DNA of 54,042 nucleotides from a virus: IMG/VR virus record IMGVR_UViG_2757320460_000001, positions 1 to 54,042 of that record; one strand, 5' to 3'. Shown piece by piece: positions 53,636 to 54,042 of this stretch (position 1 is its first letter; each line of letters starts with the position of its first letter). The notes under the pieces were generated by a model. It saw only the letters and a program-made list of their open reading frames with translations, ran no database searches and was not told where the DNA came from. The position numbers and the translations under genes were made by a program.

Positions 53636-53672
53636 TTTTCCACCTCCTAACAACTAATAAAAAGTATCTCTT

Positions 53673-53787
53673 TGAACATTTTAACATGAAAAATGTTCAT
53701 AAACAACATAGTTAAACAAAAAACACTCAAAAAAACTCAAAATTTCAGTTAAAATATATTGAAAAATGTTTAAAACAACATTATAAT
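53673..53787. promoter_or_regulatory. lysogeny-switch region: operator half-sites and rightward early promoter
   Basis: Inverted repeat TGAACATTTT (53673) / AAAATGTTCA (53690). Related AAAAATGTTTA at 53762 overlaps TTGAAA (53759), 17 nt, TATAAT (53782). Confidence 0.55.
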
Positions 53788-53836
53788 GTCCTTAAGGGAG
53801 TTTTAAAACTAAAAATGAACAAAAGGAGATAACTTT

Positions 53837-53992
53837 ATGGAACTAAAGGATTTTATGGAATCATGTGTGTGCTATTTAAATTTAAGTCGTGAGAAACAAC
53901 AATATGCAGCAGGTCTTATAAGGGGTTTAGCTTTAGCAGAACAAATTGAAAAAGATAAACAAAATAAAGATAAAGAACAAAAGATATGTTAA
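53837..53992 (+). CDS. first early-operon protein (cro position), 51 aa
   Basis: ATG 8 nt after AAAAGGAG; divergent from the cI-like gene; reads into the terminal repeat. Confidence 0.45.
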   Translation: MELKDFMESCVCYLNLSREKQQYAAGLIRGLALAEQIEKDKQNKDKEQKIC

Positions 53993-54042
53993 ATAATCTT
54001 GCCCTTGCCTTAGCAAATAAAGTTTTAGAGTTTTATTGGCAA
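53916..54042. repeat. Terminal direct repeat, identical to 1..127
   Basis: See feature 1..127. Confidence 0.9.

Overview
The first and last 127 nt of the window are identical, so this looks like a complete circular replicon of about 53,915 bp. It is very AT-rich and resembles a Clostridium-type siphovirus that is maintained as a plasmid-prophage. It carries parMRC-like partition genes and a RepA_N-type initiator, and I found no integrase.

Reading clockwise, the layout is:
- cI/cro-like switch (53.3-54.0 kb)
- early recombination and replication genes (SSB, Rad52/Sak-like annealase, ERCC4-type nuclease, primase-helicase, iteron-rich origin-like region)
- late regulator
- terS, then an inserted resolvase plus Vsr-like endonuclease, then terL
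- portal, which carries an in-frame TAA
- head genes, an accessory island, tail genes and the lysis cassette (holin, Dam methylase, GH25+SH3 endolysin)
- reverse-strand morons, a ToxN/AbiQ-like module, and the partition/replication genes
- a defence island (DUF3800-like protein, two HEPN/Abi_C-like proteins, Pycsar-like effector plus cyclase)

The main result is the island at 20.4-22.8 kb, which sits between the head and tail genes. It encodes a 446-aa TnpB/Cas12f-like RuvC nuclease with an intact catalytic triad. Downstream is a mini-CRISPR array of two perfect 37-nt repeats with 29-nt spacers. No cas1, cas2 or tnpA is present.

Both spacers are near-matches to this element's own structural genes:
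- Spacer 1 matches the tape-measure gene at 24/29 positions. All five differences are synonymous third-codon positions.
- Spacer 2 matches the minor-capsid-like gene at 19635..20042 at 27/29 positions.

This pattern suggests a phage-borne miniature type V-like system aimed at related competitor phages.
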